The notes beneath the pieces are model-generated. The model worked only from the letters and a program-made list of their open reading frames with translations, did not search any database and was not told where the DNA came from. DNA of 60,776 nt from an uncultured virus (IMG/VR IMGVR_UViG_3300046007_009360). Its lineage: Duplodnaviria > Heunggongvirae > Uroviricota > Caudoviricetes. The translations under genes were made by a program, and so were the position numbers. Positions 59,519-60,776 of the stretch are shown here, in pieces (positions within the stretch are counted from its first letter, which is position 1; each line of letters opens with the position of its first letter). The stretch is from the IMG/VR virus record IMGVR_UViG_3300046007_009360; one strand, given 5' to 3'.

Positions 59519-59980
59519 TTATTTTAAGGTAATATTTTTTCTATCGCCAAGTTTTAATTGTTTTCTTAGATTAATAATCCTGCGTTGCTGTGGAGATATA
59601 CTAGGAGTTGGTGATCCTCCAGATGATACAGTTGGCGCAGGTAAATAAGTAGAACCACCCCAAGGGCCATTTACCGTAGAGAAAATTAATCCAATAGGGC
59701 AATCTGGTAGTGAACTTGTAGCTGTAATATCTGTTTGATATATTTGTTGTATACCAAAAAAAGGTATGTTATCTACTATTACCCAAGCCGCAGCAATACC
59801 CGGAGGATTATAGTTGTTTGCCACGCCTATATAGGGCTGGGAATTCATATTTCCATCTTTGGTAAATCTTGTAAATAGCACGCCATTTACTGTTTCAGTA
59901 CCAGCAGACACATATGTACCATTCGCACTGGCGAGTCCTGCTCCAGCTACTATAACAGTAGTTTGATTACATGTTGCCAT
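59519..59980 (-). CDS. Hypothetical beta-rich protein with basic C-terminal tail
   Basis: VAGAG...NGTY...NG...W pattern; GTGTAA 9 nt upstream. Confidence 0.55.
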   Translation of the reverse strand: MATCNQTTVIVAGAGLASANGTYVSAGTETVNGVLFTRFTKDGNMNSQPYIGVANNYNPPGIAAAWVIVDNIPFFGIQQIYQTDITATSSLPDCPIGLIFSTVNGPWGGSTYLPAPTVSSGGSPTPSISPQQRRIINLRKQLKLGDRKNITLK

Positions 59981-59996
59981 ATAGAATATTTACACC

Positions 59997-60272
59997 TTAT
60001 TTATCAAGATAATCTTTAATGTCTTTTATTAATTGTCTTCTTTTTCTGCGCTCTAAAGCGGTAACATAAAGAGCTAAAGAGATCGGAAAAAAGATCCTAA
60101 GAAAAAATCCCAAATGGTGCTCTTTAGTAAGAAGATCAAAATGATTAAGGTAAAGATCGCTGAGTCCGTAAATTGTAAACAAAATAGCTGGAATAAAAAC
60201 AATAAAAAAGAACTTCTCGTAATGCTCAAGATCTTTCCACCAATCCTTTAATTTTTTGATAGTATCCAACAT
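59997..60272 (-). CDS. Small two-TM membrane protein
   Basis: Two hydrophobic segments and a basic C-terminus. Confidence 0.6.
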   Translation of the reverse strand: MLDTIKKLKDWWKDLEHYEKFFFIVFIPAILFTIYGLSDLYLNHFDLLTKEHHLGFFLRIFFPISLALYVTALERRKRRQLIKDIKDYLDK

Positions 60273-60433
60273 ACAAAGAAGATTACAGCAAGAACCGAAA
60301 ACCAGAAGATATTTCTTTTCTTATTTTGTCTTTTATGGTACTTCCAAAATTCAGCTATAAATTGTTCAGTATTATTACAAGATGGCGCTATTAATTTGAC
60401 ATCTCTTATTAATTTATTTACTCTCTTATCCAT
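60248..60433 (-). CDS. Small protein with C-terminal TM segment
   Basis: IFWFSVLAVIFFVCWIL. Confidence 0.55.
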   Translation of the reverse strand: MDKRVNKLIRDVKLIAPSCNNTEQFIAEFWKYHKRQNKKRNIFWFSVLAVIFFVCWILSKN

Positions 60434-60776
60434 GCTTTAGTTCTTTCTGCATCATCATCTATTAATATGCTATTGAAAACTATAGCTTTATATTTTTCTT
60501 CTATCCATTTGGTGATTCTTATTTGATACTCTGCTCTATTACCAGCAAGACCAACTGGCATTGTGCCATAATTACTATCATAAACCCAAAGCATACCTTT
60601 ATGTTCAAAAACGCAAATTGCATGTCCTCTATGCTGAGGTATAGATACTTTATACTCTATTAAAGTCTTATCAAAAATAACTGAAACATTATTTAATTCA
60701 TCTGTATAATGAAATTGAAAAGCAAAAATCTGCGCCCATGTATTTTCTTGAGATAATAGATAGTTAGCGTTAGAAG
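60418..60776 (-). CDS. Partial ORF (5' end outside the window), possibly papain/transglutaminase-like
   Basis: Open frame ...GHAICVFEHKGMLWVYDSNYG...KAWIRE*. Confidence 0.5.
   Translation of the reverse strand, partial: SNANYLLSQENTWAQIFAFQFHYTDELNNVSVIFDKTLIEYKVSIPQHRGHAICVFEHKGMLWVYDSNYGTMPVGLAGNRAEYQIRITKWIEEKYKAIVFNSILIDDDAERTKAWIRE

Noticed and set aside
1..60776. Stop-codon reassignment
   Set aside because: Standard-code ORFs tile the window densely, conserved enzymes are intact, and TAA, TAG and TGA all serve as stops
1..60776. tRNA or rRNA genes, integrase, transposase
   Set aside because: Intergenic gaps are very short and none was recognised; a tRNAscan/Infernal run would be needed to exclude them formally

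Overview
AT-rich (roughly 25-30% GC by eye), gene-dense segment of a large tailed dsDNA bacteriophage read in the standard code. It has four blocks. (1) 1-19.3 kb, + strand, tail module: the 3' part of a tape-measure-like gene, five large tail/baseplate-type proteins (three with inserted FG-GAP beta-propellers, several very rich in Thr-Gly/Ser-Gly), and a fibre-like gene with 63-bp tandem repeats. (2) 19.3-26.8 kb, - strand, convergent glycosyltransferase (GT) block: two Aah/TibC-type protein O-heptosyltransferase homologues, a GT8, a GT4 and an apparently split GT9. (3) 26.8-37.7 kb, replication/recombination: probable SSB, a DNA polymerase III alpha split into PHP, exonuclease and core genes, PD-(D/E)XK nuclease, primase, ThyX, DnaB and a RecA-like protein. 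(4) 37.8-57.8 kb, nucleotide-sugar/GT island: Gmd, RfbB, DdhC/RfbH, ColD-like, a short DegT, an acetyltransferase, FkbM, two SDRs, a split YerE-like ThDP enzyme, PanB and about 10 GTs; small accessory genes follow (ferritin-like, Hsp20). No flippase, polymerase or priming transferase is visible. The best candidate for a new system is phage-encoded glycosylation of virion proteins with unusual branched dideoxy sugars, possibly on [S/T]-G motifs. Three promoter classes can be read from the DNA: sigma70-like and near-leaderless, a GTGTAA putative late motif, and a sigma54 site at hsp20. All product calls come from motifs recognised by eye; no searches were run.
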